NCBI GenBank assembly: GCA_036400935.1
Contig: DASWWW010000004.1
Coordinates: 7,808 to 71,807, forward strand
Source of the DNA: Minisyncoccota bacterium
GTDB taxonomy: Bacteria > Patescibacteriota > Minisyncoccia > Phycocordibacterales > UBA6065
Length of the DNA stretch: 64,000 bases
Direction of reading: 5' to 3'
The position numbers and the translations under genes were made by a program. Below, in pieces: positions 26,985-37,307 of the stretch. The notes below the pieces were generated by a model. That model did no database searches. It saw only the letters and a list, made by a program, of their open reading frames with translations, and was not told where the DNA came from. The stretch's first letter is position 1; every line of letters starts with the position of its first letter.

Positions 26985-27785
26985 TTATTTGGTGTTACGA
27001 TCCACCTCGACGAAACGCAGGCTATTGATGTTGACCGGCGACTTGAACAGGATGGTCTGAAGCGAGTCGGACGAGTCGACGATGATCTTCTCGACGATGC
27101 CGAACGTATGGGGGCGGATCTGAGGCAGGGCGATGATGTCCCCTTCCTTTACGCCGACCTCGACAGGGATATTGAGCTGGAAATTGCCGAGACCGCGGCC
27201 TTTAGCCTGGGCGGTCACGTCAGCCGTGCCCAAAATTACGGAAATGGTCCGCCCAGGCGTCGAGAACAGGCTGACTTTGGACTGATTGGCATAGACTTCG
27301 GCAATGTCGCCGATCAGGGTGTCGCCGTCGGCGTATACCTTGTCGCCCTTCGAGACGCCATCGTCCGATCCGATATCGATGACGAGCGTATCGTATGCGG
27401 AGACCGGAGGTCGCGACAGGACGATGCCGAGGATGTCGTCGCCGGCAGCAGATCGGTTAAGGGAGTTCTTGAGCGACTCATTCTCGGCCTTGAGGCTGTC
27501 GATAAGGAGGGCCGACGCGTCGCGCGCCGCGATCTCCTGTCGCAAGCTCTGATTCTCCTTTACCAGGCTGAACTTCGAGCTGACGAGGGCCCCTGCGTGG
27601 CCGAAGAATCCGAAGAGTCCCGACTCCGTCTTCCAAAAGACGGTGCCGACCGGATAGAAGAGACCGGCATAGGCGCCCGGGAATACGTAATGAGTAGCAA
27701 AAAGCACGACCAGGATCGCGACCACAAGAATCGTAGTCGTTCGGCTCTTCTTGGCGTTTACGTTAGTTCGCCTTAGGTAGGTCAT
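26985..27785 (-). CDS. mreC: rod shape-determining protein MreC
   Basis: TM, ENQSLR coiled coil, IDIGSDDGVSKG; follows mreB. Confidence 0.9.
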   Translation of the reverse strand: MTYLRRTNVNAKKSRTTTILVVAILVVLFATHYVFPGAYAGLFYPVGTVFWKTESGLFGFFGHAGALVSSKFSLVKENQSLRQEIAARDASALLIDSLKAENESLKNSLNRSAAGDDILGIVLSRPPVSAYDTLVIDIGSDDGVSKGDKVYADGDTLIGDIAEVYANQSKVSLFSTPGRTISVILGTADVTAQAKGRGLGNFQLNIPVEVGVKEGDIIALPQIRPHTFGIVEKIIVDSSDSLQTILFKSPVNINSLRFVEVDRNTK

Positions 27786-28827
27786 CTTCGTTTTGGATTA
27801 AGACATCCTGGAATCCTTCGATATCCTCGAGGATAATTCCTGTGCCGCGGGCTACGGCGGTAAGAGGGTCATCGGCGATATGCACCGGAATCTTTACATA
27901 CTCCTCGATGAGCTTGTCGAGGCCGCGGATAAGCGCGCCGCCGCCGACGAGGTATATGCCCCGGTGCATGATGTCGGCCATGATTTCAGGCGGAGTAGTC
28001 TCGAGCACCTCCTTTACCGATTCGACGAGGTTGTCGATCGACTGCGAGATCGCTTCGCGGATATCGGAGTCGGTAAGGACCACCTCGCGAGGAAGGCCCG
28101 TGACGAGGTCGCGGCCACGGATGGCTGCCTCGTGAGGGACGTCGTCCGCGACCACCACCCCGATAGCGATCTTTACGTCCTCGGCAGTCTTCTCGCCTAC
28201 CAGTATTTTAAATTCGTTACGGATGTATGAAATGATGTCGGTATTGAGCTTGTCTCCGGCGATCTTGAGCGACTTCGAGCGCACGACGCCACCGAGGGAG
28301 ATCACGGCAATGTCCGTGGTCCCTCCGCCTATGTCGATAACCATGTTGCCTGCAGGATCATGGATAGGAAGCTTGATGCCGATAGCGGCCGCCATAGGCT
28401 GCTCGACGATGTGGACCTCGCGCGCGCCGGCATTTTTCGTCGCGTCGCGGACGGCGCGCGCCTCTACGTTGGTGACGCCCGACGGGATGCCGACGATGAC
28501 GCGCGGGCCGAAGAATTTCTTCGACTCGGACTGCGCCTTGTTGATGAGGTAGACCATCATCTCCTCGGCGACCTCGAAGTCAGAGATCACCCCGTCGACG
28601 AGAGGCCTGACCGCGGCGATGTGCGCGGGCGTTCGGCCGAGCATATTCTTGGCCTGTGCGCCGACGGCCACCACGCGGCCCGTCTTCTGGTTTACGGCCA
28701 CGACGGAAGGCTCGTTGATGACGATGCCCTGCCCCTTCATATAGACAAGCGTGTTAGCGGTACCGAGGTCGATGCCGATGTCGTGGGAGAAGGCCTTATA
28801 GAGTCGTTGGAGTAGTGAGTTTGGCAT
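27763..28827 (-). CDS. mreB: rod shape-determining protein MreB
   Basis: GIDLGTANT, DIGGGTTD, GGGALI. Confidence 0.96.
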   Translation of the reverse strand: MPNSLLQRLYKAFSHDIGIDLGTANTLVYMKGQGIVINEPSVVAVNQKTGRVVAVGAQAKNMLGRTPAHIAAVRPLVDGVISDFEVAEEMMVYLINKAQSESKKFFGPRVIVGIPSGVTNVEARAVRDATKNAGAREVHIVEQPMAAAIGIKLPIHDPAGNMVIDIGGGTTDIAVISLGGVVRSKSLKIAGDKLNTDIISYIRNEFKILVGEKTAEDVKIAIGVVVADDVPHEAAIRGRDLVTGLPREVVLTDSDIREAISQSIDNLVESVKEVLETTPPEIMADIMHRGIYLVGGGALIRGLDKLIEEYVKIPVHIADDPLTAVARGTGIILEDIEGFQDVLIQNEDDLPKAN

Positions 28828-28837
28828 TACGTGTTTT

Positions 28838-30091
28838 TTATTTGAGTCGTGCGATGAGGTCTGATTCTGAAAGCTGCTCGATCTTGCCCGATGCGCGGTG
28901 CTTGAGCTCGTGGGCTCCGGCTGCGATGGTCTTGTCCGATACCACAATGCGGTACGGGATGCCCATCAGGTCCGAGTCGGCGAACTTCTCGCCTGGTCGC
29001 TGGTCGCGGTCATCGCACAGGGTCTCGATGCCGGCCTTCGTGAGCTGCGCATAGAGCTTGTCCGCGGCAGCTCGAGCAGCTGCGCCGTCCTTTGAATCGA
29101 CGACGATGAGGTGCGCCTTGAAAGGAGCGATCGATTCCGGCCAGACGATGCCCTTGTCGTCGGACAATGCCTCGACGACCGTTCCCATGATGCGCCCGAG
29201 GCCGATGCCGTAGCATCCCATGACGACAGGCTTCATCTCGCCTTTCTCGTCCTTGTAATTGAGCTCAAGAGCGCTCGAGAATTTCGTGCCGAGGCTGAAG
29301 ATGTTTCCGACCTCGACCGCCTTCTTCTCTACGAGATCCGCGCGATTGACGCCGATCTCCGCGAGAACTTCGTCAGTCAATGCCTCCTTGTTCACGGCGA
29401 TACCCTTCTTTTCATCAATATAGATAAGATCCTCGCCCGCATCCGTCACGGTCTGGTACTCGTGCGAGAATTTCGAGAAGCTGCCGCCCAATGCGAAGGT
29501 CATGTACGTGCGGTCGCCGAGGCCGACGCGCTCGAAGATGTTCTTGTACGCGACCTTTGCCTTCTCGTAGTAGGCCTTATGCTCGGCATCGTCCTTTGAG
29601 AACGAGTAGAGGTCCTTCATGAGGAACTCTCGCCCGCGCATGATGCCGGATTTCGCTCGGGCCTCGTTACGGAACTTGGTCTGGAACTGGTATGCGGAGA
29701 AAGGAAGATCGCGGTATGAGTTCACGTACTCGGACAAGAGGTGCGTGAGAGGCTCCTCGTGCGTGAATGCGAGGCCGACATCAGTGCCGTTCGCGAGCTT
29801 CGTCTTGAACCAGTTGTCGACGACGGCGTCCGACCAGCGGTTGGTCCTTTCCCAGAGCTTCTTGTCCTGAAGGGATGTGAGAAGCATCTCCTGCCCGCCG
29901 AGGGCGTTCACCTCCTCGCGGATGATGCCCTGAATCTTTGAAAGCACGCGCAAGCCGAGAGGCAAATACGTATAAGCGCCCGCCATTTCCTTGTAGACGT
30001 AGCCGGCGCGGATGAGGAGCTGGGCGTTCTTGGCCACCTCGTCTTTTGGAGCGTCTTTTCGTGTCTTGGTAAAAAGTTGGCTTTGGCGCAT
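28838..30091 (-). CDS. proS: proline--tRNA ligase (short, no editing insertion)
   Basis: THEE, FRNEARAKSGIMRGREF.MKD, EVGNIF.LG, MGCYGIG. Confidence 0.95.
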   Translation of the reverse strand: MRQSQLFTKTRKDAPKDEVAKNAQLLIRAGYVYKEMAGAYTYLPLGLRVLSKIQGIIREEVNALGGQEMLLTSLQDKKLWERTNRWSDAVVDNWFKTKLANGTDVGLAFTHEEPLTHLLSEYVNSYRDLPFSAYQFQTKFRNEARAKSGIMRGREFLMKDLYSFSKDDAEHKAYYEKAKVAYKNIFERVGLGDRTYMTFALGGSFSKFSHEYQTVTDAGEDLIYIDEKKGIAVNKEALTDEVLAEIGVNRADLVEKKAVEVGNIFSLGTKFSSALELNYKDEKGEMKPVVMGCYGIGLGRIMGTVVEALSDDKGIVWPESIAPFKAHLIVVDSKDGAAARAAADKLYAQLTKAGIETLCDDRDQRPGEKFADSDLMGIPYRIVVSDKTIAAGAHELKHRASGKIEQLSESDLIARLK

Positions 30092-30226
30092 ATGTGTTTC
30101 GTTAATACGGCCATAATAGCGCATAAATAAAGGGTTTGTAAGAGGCTTGATTTATACGCATCATTGTGGCATAGTCCGAAGCATAGTTCCTTGAAGGCAT
30201 AGTGCCTGCTTCGAATTTCCTTACCC

Positions 30227-30634
30227 ATGAATCCTCCCTCCCAAAAAGTCATCGATTCGTTTCGAGCCGCGCTCAAGATCATCTCGATCTTGTTCACTCA
30301 TCGAAACCGAAGCGGCCGGAGCCGGCTCACGACCCTCGACCCAAATCTGTTAGATTCCATATCCGAACAGATCACGGCCGAAAACCTGTTGGATTCCGTG
30401 CCCATCATCACGGCATTCCTCAAGTCGATCGGAGAGCCACAGAAAGAAGAAGACAAAGCCGATGACCTTGACGATCTTGGCCGCCTCATCCAACACGTCA
30501 AAGGCGCCAGGAGTATGATCATCCACTTTGGCCCGGAACAGCAGAATGTCGACCTGGCTAACGCCCTCCTGGGCCTGGATGAATACCTTTCGGACCGGCA
30601 CGCCAAGCTCAAGCGCCTTGCGGCCAATGCCTGA
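30227..30634 (+). CDS. hypothetical protein
   Basis: 135-aa ORF followed by a terminator hairpin. Confidence 0.55.
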   Translation: MNPPSQKVIDSFRAALKIISILFTHRNRSGRSRLTTLDPNLLDSISEQITAENLLDSVPIITAFLKSIGEPQKEEDKADDLDDLGRLIQHVKGARSMIIHFGPEQQNVDLANALLGLDEYLSDRHAKLKRLAANA

Positions 30635-30689
30635 TGCTCAAAACCTGCCACCTTTCGGTGACAGGCTTTTTTATTTCGGCAAAGCGGTT

Positions 30690-31802
30690 TTAGAAAATCT
30701 TCACGATATCCTTGTACGTCACGAACAGCATGAACAGGATGAGGAGGCAGAAGCCAACGGCGTTCAGGGTATTGGCGACCTTCGGCGAGATCGGCCGGCG
30801 GATGATGGCCTCGATGATGACGAAAAGGATTCGTCCTCCGTCGAGCGCCGGGAACGGCACGAGGTTGAGCACGGCAAGGTTGAGCGAGATGAAGGCCGTG
30901 AACGAAAGCAGGTAGACGAAGCCGAATTTCGCCGCGTCCCCTACCAATCGGGCGATGCCGACAGGACCCGAGAGCTGCGACACGTCAGCGTCACCGACGA
31001 CCGCATCCTTGATCAAAGTCGCGATGCCTCCGGCGATATTGCCGAACATAGTATAAGTGAGCTTTGCGCCCTCCCAGAAAGCCATGAAGAACGGCAACTT
31101 TGCCTTGCCCACCATATCCATCGATATGCCGATGGCATAGTTGTCGCCGGTGACGCCCTTTTCAGGGACGACTTCGATGTACTTGTTGCCCGTGAGGCGC
31201 ATGATCTCGAGGCCGATCGGCTTGCCGTTCGAATTCTTGGCGGCCATCTGGAATGCCTCGACGGTTGATGCGGTCGACGTAGCACGGCCGCTGACAGCGG
31301 TGCTCGATGCGGTCGAGAACGAGAGGATCTCATCGCCCGACAGAAGGCCGGCCCTTGCTGATGGAGAGTTCGGCAAAGTGTCGACGATGATGACGTGCGA
31401 TTCAGTGATGTATTTGGAGACAGACTCGGAAACGCCCATGGTCATGCCCGACATGAACGCGATCGAGAACAAGAGCCACGCGAACACGACGTTCATGATG
31501 ATGCCGGCCGCCAGGATGATGACCTGGATCCACTTCGGCTTCTTTACGAAGCTGCGCGCGCTGTCAGGTCCCGAGATCGACTCCTCGTCCGGATTCTCGC
31601 CGAAAATCTTTACGAAGCCGCCGAAGGGCACGGCATTGAGCGAGTACTCAGTGCCGTTCCACTTCTTGGACCAGAGCTTTGGCGGAAAGCCGAGGCCGAA
31701 CTCGTCCACGCGGACGCCGGACTTCTTGGCAGCGTAAAAGTGTCCGAACTCATGGACGAGTACAAGCACGGCCAATATGACGAAGAAAAGTACGATGTAC
31801 AC
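30690..31802 (-). CDS. rseP: site-2 (M50) zinc metalloprotease with PDZ
   Basis: HEFGH, NLVPFPALDGG. Confidence 0.94.
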   Translation of the reverse strand: MYIVLFFVILAVLVLVHEFGHFYAAKKSGVRVDEFGLGFPPKLWSKKWNGTEYSLNAVPFGGFVKIFGENPDEESISGPDSARSFVKKPKWIQVIILAAGIIMNVVFAWLLFSIAFMSGMTMGVSESVSKYITESHVIIVDTLPNSPSARAGLLSGDEILSFSTASSTAVSGRATSTASTVEAFQMAAKNSNGKPIGLEIMRLTGNKYIEVVPEKGVTGDNYAIGISMDMVGKAKLPFFMAFWEGAKLTYTMFGNIAGGIATLIKDAVVGDADVSQLSGPVGIARLVGDAAKFGFVYLLSFTAFISLNLAVLNLVPFPALDGGRILFVIIEAIIRRPISPKVANTLNAVGFCLLILFMLFVTYKDIVKIF

Positions 31803-31845
31803 GCGTTTGATTTAAATTGTAAAACGGCCAGAAAAATGTGCGGGA

Positions 31846-32397
31846 TTAGCCGAGGATCTCCTTCTCCTTCTTGATGAAATGAGCCTCGAGCTTCTTGTTG
31901 GCCTCGTCGATGAGCTTCTGGGCGTCTGCCTTGAAGCGGAACTTCTCGTCCTCGCTCATGCCGCCCTCCTTCTCCTTCTTGTCGATGTCGGCGTTCACCT
32001 CGTCGCGGGTCTTTCGGCCCTGGATGCGAGCCTGCTCGAGCTTCTCCTTGGCGGTCTTTACGATCTCCTTTCGGCGATCGGTCGTAAGCTCAGGGAACGA
32101 GATTCGGATGCCCTTGTCGTCTACGGCAACAGACACGCCGAGGTTGGCCGCGATGATGGACTTCTCGATAGACTTCACGAGGGACTGGTCCCACGGCGTG
32201 ATGCGGATGGTGCGAGGATCCTCGTTCGCCATCGACGCGACGCCCGAGATCGGAGAGTCGGATCCGTACGCCTCTACGCGAACGCTGTCGAGGATAGCGG
32301 GATTGGCCCTGTTGGTGCGGATATTTCCAAGCTCCTTGGTAAGCCAAGTTTCCGTAGCGGTGAGGTCTGCCTTCAGTTTGGTGAAATTGTATTGCAT
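31846..32397 (-). CDS. frr: ribosome recycling factor
   Basis: IRTNRANP, PELTTDRRKE. Confidence 0.96.
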   Translation of the reverse strand: MQYNFTKLKADLTATETWLTKELGNIRTNRANPAILDSVRVEAYGSDSPISGVASMANEDPRTIRITPWDQSLVKSIEKSIIAANLGVSVAVDDKGIRISFPELTTDRRKEIVKTAKEKLEQARIQGRKTRDEVNADIDKKEKEGGMSEDEKFRFKADAQKLIDEANKKLEAHFIKKEKEILG

Positions 32398-32428
32398 ATA
32401 AATCCAATATTAGCATAGGCTAATGGCT

Positions 32429-33106
32429 TTAGAAATCGAGCAGTGCGACTCGCTCCAGTATCAGCTTGAGCGACGGCGCGCGGTCCTTGAGGTATGTGGC
32501 AAGCGTGAGGATCTCTCGTACGGCTGCAGCCCGTTTTGGGCTGGCAGTGGAGAGGCCCGCGCCGCCACCGGCAGACAGGGCGCCTAAGAGCGCCTGCAAA
32601 AAGTCCTCGGCGCGGGCCTTGTCCTTCCCTTCTATCAATTCCGCTACGAACTTGAGGCGCTCCTTATACGACATCTTTATAAACTTGGAAGCCTCGCCCG
32701 AAACCGACTGGGACTTATTGGCAGCGGACGGATGAATGACCACGACCATGCGCGAGCGCAAGGTCGGCAAGAGAATGCGCGCAGACGAAGAGATTACGAA
32801 AAAATGCGCGCCTGGCGTCGGCTCTTCGAACACCTTGAGCAAGGAGTTCTGCGCCTCGCTCGTGATCGCGTCCAATGCGACGATAAAAATCTTCTTGTCG
32901 CCTACGACCGGCCGCAAGGACTGCATCTCCTGCAAAGCCCTGCCCTCGTCGATGCCGAACGACTGATGCTCGGCATAATGCACGTCCGGATGGCCCTGTC
33001 GGACTATGCCAAAGGAATCGCTCAAAAAGGACTCGAGGTCGACGAGGACGAGCGCCCTGTCGCCCTCTATGAAATACGCGTGATGGAGAGTGTCCTTGGG
33101 AAACAT
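32429..33106 (-). CDS. holB: DNA polymerase III delta' subunit-like
   Basis: HHAYFIEG, EAQNSLLKVFEEP, LPTLRSR. Confidence 0.85.
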   Translation of the reverse strand: MFPKDTLHHAYFIEGDRALVLVDLESFLSDSFGIVRQGHPDVHYAEHQSFGIDEGRALQEMQSLRPVVGDKKIFIVALDAITSEAQNSLLKVFEEPTPGAHFFVISSSARILLPTLRSRMVVVIHPSAANKSQSVSGEASKFIKMSYKERLKFVAELIEGKDKARAEDFLQALLGALSAGGGAGLSTASPKRAAAVREILTLATYLKDRAPSLKLILERVALLDF

Positions 33107-33129
33107 GCGCATAGTATACCAAAACGAAT

Positions 33130-33316
33130 TCGGGCCCGGACTTTTTTGAAGTCCGGGCCCTGGAAACCGCTGACAACCGAATATCTAGCGCCAGCTAGCA
33201 TGGAGAGCTGAATCTAATTAGACAAACGTGCGAGGCGAGGCGCACGAAGGCCTTGAACTAGATCAAGGTCTGCATGACCGCCACTGGCGCGAAGTCCGCA
33301 TAGAGCAGTAACCTAC
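33130..33316 (-). ncRNA. candidate stand-alone ncRNA, possibly 6S RNA
   Basis: TTGCAA-17-TATATT promoter, end-to-end pairing (actgct/agcggt; gcgccag/ctggcgc), strong 3' hairpin gggcccggactt/aagtccgggccc. Confidence 0.45.
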
Positions 33317-33588
33317 TTTGTAATATAGCATACATTCTAGATAATTGCAAGTGCAACCGAGGCGCGGCCAGATGCATCAAATCAAAAGGGCCCGCTTGAT
33401 TGAACAAGTGGCCCTATGAAGCAGCCCGAAGGCAGCTTTGCTCTCCGTTATGCTTACCGACCCGTTCGAGATAGCCATCAAGCCCACCTCAAATGGCCGC
33501 ACGAATCGCGTAGAACAGAGACCTAGCCGGAAATTACCACATATCGAAAATAAATCAAACAAAAGCCGCGACCCATGCCGCAGCTTTT

Positions 33589-34602
33589 TTATCTCTTGGA
33601 AATGATAGTCCTCTTGTACACGTCGAGATGCTCCAGGGCGATACCTGTTCCCTTTGCCACGCAGTAGAGGGGGTCTTCGGCGAGGACGGCCTTTACGCCG
33701 GTGCGGCGGAAGACGAGCTCGGGCAAATTGCGGAGCATCGACGAGCCTCCGGTCATGATGATGCCGGCGTCGATGATGTCGGCGGCGAGCTCGGGCGGAG
33801 TCTCCTGGAGCACGTCCTTGATCGCCTTGATCATGTCGCGCAGCTCGCGGCTGATCGCCTTTACGATCTCGTTCGTCTTGACCTCGGTCGAGCGAGGAAG
33901 GCCGGACACGAAGTCACGCCCCTTGATGATGAGGCTGAGCTCCTCCTCCAGTGGCACGGCTGATCCGATCTCGATCTTGATAGTCTCGGCGGTCTTGTCT
34001 CCGATGGCGAGGTTGAAAGTCTTCTTTATATAGTCGGCGATAGCGGCGTCGATGCGATTGCCGGCGCACTTAACCGATGTCGATGCCACGATGCCTCCAA
34101 GAGAGATCACCGCAACGTCGGTCGTGCCTCCGCCGATGTCGACGATCATATGGCCTTTGGCCTCCTGAATAGGAATGCCTGCGCCGATAGCGGCGAGGAT
34201 CGGCTCCTTCACGACGTACGCGCTCTTAGCGCCCGCCTTTACGGCAGCCTCCACCACCGCGCGGCGCTCGGTCGAGGTGATGCCCGCAGGCACGGACACG
34301 AGGACCTCGGGCTTCCAGACGTTCCACTTGCCCAGGGCCTTGTCGATGAAATAGCGGAGCATCGCCTCGGTCACGCGGTAGTCCGCGATCACGCCGTCCT
34401 TCATCGGGCGGTACGCGATGATCGATTCCGGAGTTCGACCGATCATCTGCTTTGCCTCGACGCCTACGGCCAAGATTTTATTGTCCTGCTCGGACACGGC
34501 GACGACCGAAGGCTCGTTCAGGACGATGCCTTTGCCCGGCAAAAACACGAGCGTGTTCGCCGTTCCGAGGTCGATGCCCAATTTTTTCGCGAAAATTGCC
34601 AT
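33589..34602 (-). CDS. mreB: second MreB/Mbl paralog
   Basis: GIDLGTANT, DIGGGTTD, MTGGSS. Confidence 0.94.
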   Translation of the reverse strand: MAIFAKKLGIDLGTANTLVFLPGKGIVLNEPSVVAVSEQDNKILAVGVEAKQMIGRTPESIIAYRPMKDGVIADYRVTEAMLRYFIDKALGKWNVWKPEVLVSVPAGITSTERRAVVEAAVKAGAKSAYVVKEPILAAIGAGIPIQEAKGHMIVDIGGGTTDVAVISLGGIVASTSVKCAGNRIDAAIADYIKKTFNLAIGDKTAETIKIEIGSAVPLEEELSLIIKGRDFVSGLPRSTEVKTNEIVKAISRELRDMIKAIKDVLQETPPELAADIIDAGIIMTGGSSMLRNLPELVFRRTGVKAVLAEDPLYCVAKGTGIALEHLDVYKRTIISKR

Positions 34603-34723
34603 ACGTGGCCATACTATACGCTTTTTCCTAGCATTTGCGATAGTTGACAAACTCTTCCTTTAAATCTAAAGTCTCAGTCTGCCTGTTCTTCAAAATTTTC
34701 CCTTTCCTCAGTCCAACCAACAT

Positions 34724-35104
34724 ATGAAAGCCAACCTAATCCTCATTGCCCTGCTGCTCGCAAGCGCCGCAGCAAACGTCTACCAGCACGCCCACCTCAA
34801 GACCTACAAGGAGAATGCCGAGCTCATCGCCAGCGCCGAGCTCGTCCGCATCATCTCGGTCGAGCAAAGCGAGTACGCCGGCGACAACGTGCAGGTCAAG
34901 TTCGCATCGATCAACCCGCGCACGGGCGAGGCTCGCAAGGATACGCCCGTCTATACGCAACTCGTGAGCAAGAGCCCCCTTCTCAAGAACGGCGTCACCG
35001 GCCGGCTCGTGGTCAACGGCTTCGACTTCAAGCGCTACAAGCCGTACTTTACTTTCGAGCAGCGGGAGCATACATGGTCGGGCTCTGGTCCGGAAAAGAA
35101 ATAG
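34724..35104 (+). CDS. exported/membrane-anchored hypothetical protein
   Basis: N-terminal hydrophobic stretch; own promoter and terminator. Confidence 0.65.
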   Translation: MKANLILIALLLASAAANVYQHAHLKTYKENAELIASAELVRIISVEQSEYAGDNVQVKFASINPRTGEARKDTPVYTQLVSKSPLLKNGVTGRLVVNGFDFKRYKPYFTFEQREHTWSGSGPEKK

Positions 35105-35222
35105 CCGACTGCCTGCACCGGCGCCTCATTTCTGAGGCGCTTTTTTATGCGAGCATTTGTTTGACAAAGCTTGATACATATTTTAATTTGAAAAACGGCA
35201 ACCCCACCTGCCCCCTGAACAT

Positions 35223-35525
35223 ATGAGAACATCCCAAACGAAAGCATTGCTTGCTCGCAAGCGCCGGCACAGCAGGCCCGACCCATCGATCCTCAGCATG
35301 ACGATGGAGAGCTTCTACGGGCGGTACCTGCAGGACGACCCTCACTTCCGCGCAGACTTCCTCGACGTGGAGCTGGGCGGCACGCCGATTCGCCAACTCA
35401 CCGTGCAGAAATTCACCGCGAATGTCGGGACGGACGAGATCGTAAAGATGAAGTGCGGCATGGGCGCCGGCAGCGTCGCCAAGGTCCGGGCGCGTCTCGG
35501 GAAGTACAATATAGAGTGGAAGTAA
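35223..35525 (+). CDS. small protein with RNA polymerase alpha-CTD-like HhH C-terminus
   Basis: TDEIVKMKCGMGAGSVAKVRARLGKYNI resembles the alpha-CTD HhH. Confidence 0.5.
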   Translation: MRTSQTKALLARKRRHSRPDPSILSMTMESFYGRYLQDDPHFRADFLDVELGGTPIRQLTVQKFTANVGTDEIVKMKCGMGAGSVAKVRARLGKYNIEWK

Positions 35526-35583
35526 GGAGCGCGCGGCGCTCCTTTTTTATTTTCACGAACCTTATCCACACCTTCGCTTTTTC

Positions 35584-35599
35584 ATAGCATATATGCTAT
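35584..35599. promoter_or_regulatory. 16-bp palindromic operator candidate
   Basis: ATAGCATATATGCTAT overlapping the extended -10 upstream of HTH-murA. Confidence 0.55.
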
Positions 35600-35637
35600 A
35601 TTAGTTTTCATATCAATAAGCGGCTTTAACACGTCAC

Positions 35638-37203
35638 ATGACAAAAGAGACCAAACCACAGGCGCTCACGGCTATCGGCGGCATGATCGCCCGACTGCGC
35701 GAGGACAGGCGGATGACCCAGGCGGAGCTCGGCGAGAAGATCGGCACCACCCAGTCGGTCATCGCCCGCATCGAGAAGGGCGAGCAGAACCTCTCGACCG
35801 AGACTTTGGCAAAACTGTCCGAGGCCCTCAATCACGAGATCGTCTCCCTCTCCAAGGGCGGGACGGTCAATTTCCGCATCCAGGGCGGCCACAAGCTTTC
35901 CGGAACCATAAGGGTCAGGAGCTCGAAGAACGGCGCCGTCGGCGTCATGTGCGCGGCCCTTCTCAATAAAGGGACGACCGTCATCAAGAACGCCCCAAAG
36001 ATCGAGGAGGTAAACCGCATCGTCGAAGTGCTCGAGTCGATCGGCGTGAAGGTCGCCTGGACCGGCGGAAAAGACGGAAGCAGCGGCACCGACCTCTCCA
36101 TCACCCCGCCCGAGAAGTTCGCCATGAAGGATATCGCCTACGATTCCGCAGCCAAGACCCGCACCATCATCATGATGATCGGCTCCTTGATCCACCGCAT
36201 GAACAAGTTCAGCCTGCCGCAGGCCGGCGGATGCCGCCTTGGCTCGCGAACGGTCCAGCCGTACTTCTACGCGCTCGAGAACCTCGGCGTCTCTATCGAG
36301 GCAAGCTCTAAATACTACGAGGTCTCGCACGAAGGGCTCAAGAAGAACCGCGAGATCGTCATGTACGAGGCTGGCGACATGGTCACAGAGACCGTGCTCA
36401 TGGCCGCAGCCCTCATCCCAGGTACGACGACCATTAAATTCGCGTCGGCGAACTACCAGGTCCAGGACGTCTGCTTCTACCTCGAGCTCCTCGGCGCAAA
36501 GATCGAGGGCATCGGCACCTCGACCATGATCGTCCACGGCATCGACGCCGGAAAGACCGGACTCAAGAAGGACGTCGAGTACACTGTCTCGGAGGACCCT
36601 ATCGAGGCGATGTCCCTTCTCGCCGTCGCCATCGTCACGAAATCCTCGATCACCATCGAGCGCTGCCCTATCGACTTCCTTCAGCTTGAATTGCTCAAGC
36701 TCGAGAAGATGGGATTCAAATACAAGATCACGAGACGCTACAAGGCGGAAAACGGCAAGACAAACCTCGTCGACATCGTCACGGCGCCTTCAAAGCTGAA
36801 GGCCCTCGGCGAGAAGATCCACGCCCTTCCGTATCCGGGCATCAACATGGACAACCTGCCGTTCTTCGCCGTCATCGGCGCCGTAGCCGAAGGCGAGACC
36901 CTGATCCACGATTGGACGTACGAGGAGCGCGCCATCTATTACAAGGAGCTCGACAAGATGCGAGCGGAAACAATCCTCGCCGATCCGCACCGCTTCTATA
37001 TCAAGGGCCCGACAAAATTCAAGGCGACTGAGCTCGTCTGCCCGCCTGCCCTGCGCCCATCGGTAGTGATCATGATCGCTATGCTCGCGGCAGAAGGCAC
37101 ATCGGTCTTGCGCAACGTCTACAATATCAACCGCGGATACGAGGATCTGGCAGCCCGCCTCAACGCCCTCGGCGCCAAGATCGAGGTCTTCAGGGATCTC
37201 TAA
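35638..37203 (+). CDS. murA: XRE-HTH / UDP-GlcNAc 1-carboxyvinyltransferase fusion
   Basis: MTQAELGEKIGTTQSVIARIEKG HTH; SKN, PQAGGCRLGSR (catalytic Cys), RGYE. Confidence 0.93.
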   Translation: MTKETKPQALTAIGGMIARLREDRRMTQAELGEKIGTTQSVIARIEKGEQNLSTETLAKLSEALNHEIVSLSKGGTVNFRIQGGHKLSGTIRVRSSKNGAVGVMCAALLNKGTTVIKNAPKIEEVNRIVEVLESIGVKVAWTGGKDGSSGTDLSITPPEKFAMKDIAYDSAAKTRTIIMMIGSLIHRMNKFSLPQAGGCRLGSRTVQPYFYALENLGVSIEASSKYYEVSHEGLKKNREIVMYEAGDMVTETVLMAAALIPGTTTIKFASANYQVQDVCFYLELLGAKIEGIGTSTMIVHGIDAGKTGLKKDVEYTVSEDPIEAMSLLAVAIVTKSSITIERCPIDFLQLELLKLEKMGFKYKITRRYKAENGKTNLVDIVTAPSKLKALGEKIHALPYPGINMDNLPFFAVIGAVAEGETLIHDWTYEERAIYYKELDKMRAETILADPHRFYIKGPTKFKATELVCPPALRPSVVIMIAMLAAEGTSVLRNVYNINRGYEDLAARLNALGAKIEVFRDL

Positions 37204-37307
37204 TCAGAAATCAGACCGTCCACATAGGCCCAAAACAAGCCCTCTCATAGGACTTGTTTTTATTATAAAAATATGCTATAATAATTATTGCAAGTTCATT
37301 GAACGCT

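Noticed and set aside
33377-33562. 61-aa minus-strand ORF after the second mreB
   Set aside because: No start signals or recognisable features, and it lies beyond a terminator.
27763-34602. Two mreB copies as a novelty
   Set aside because: MreB paralogs are common, including in CPR genomes.
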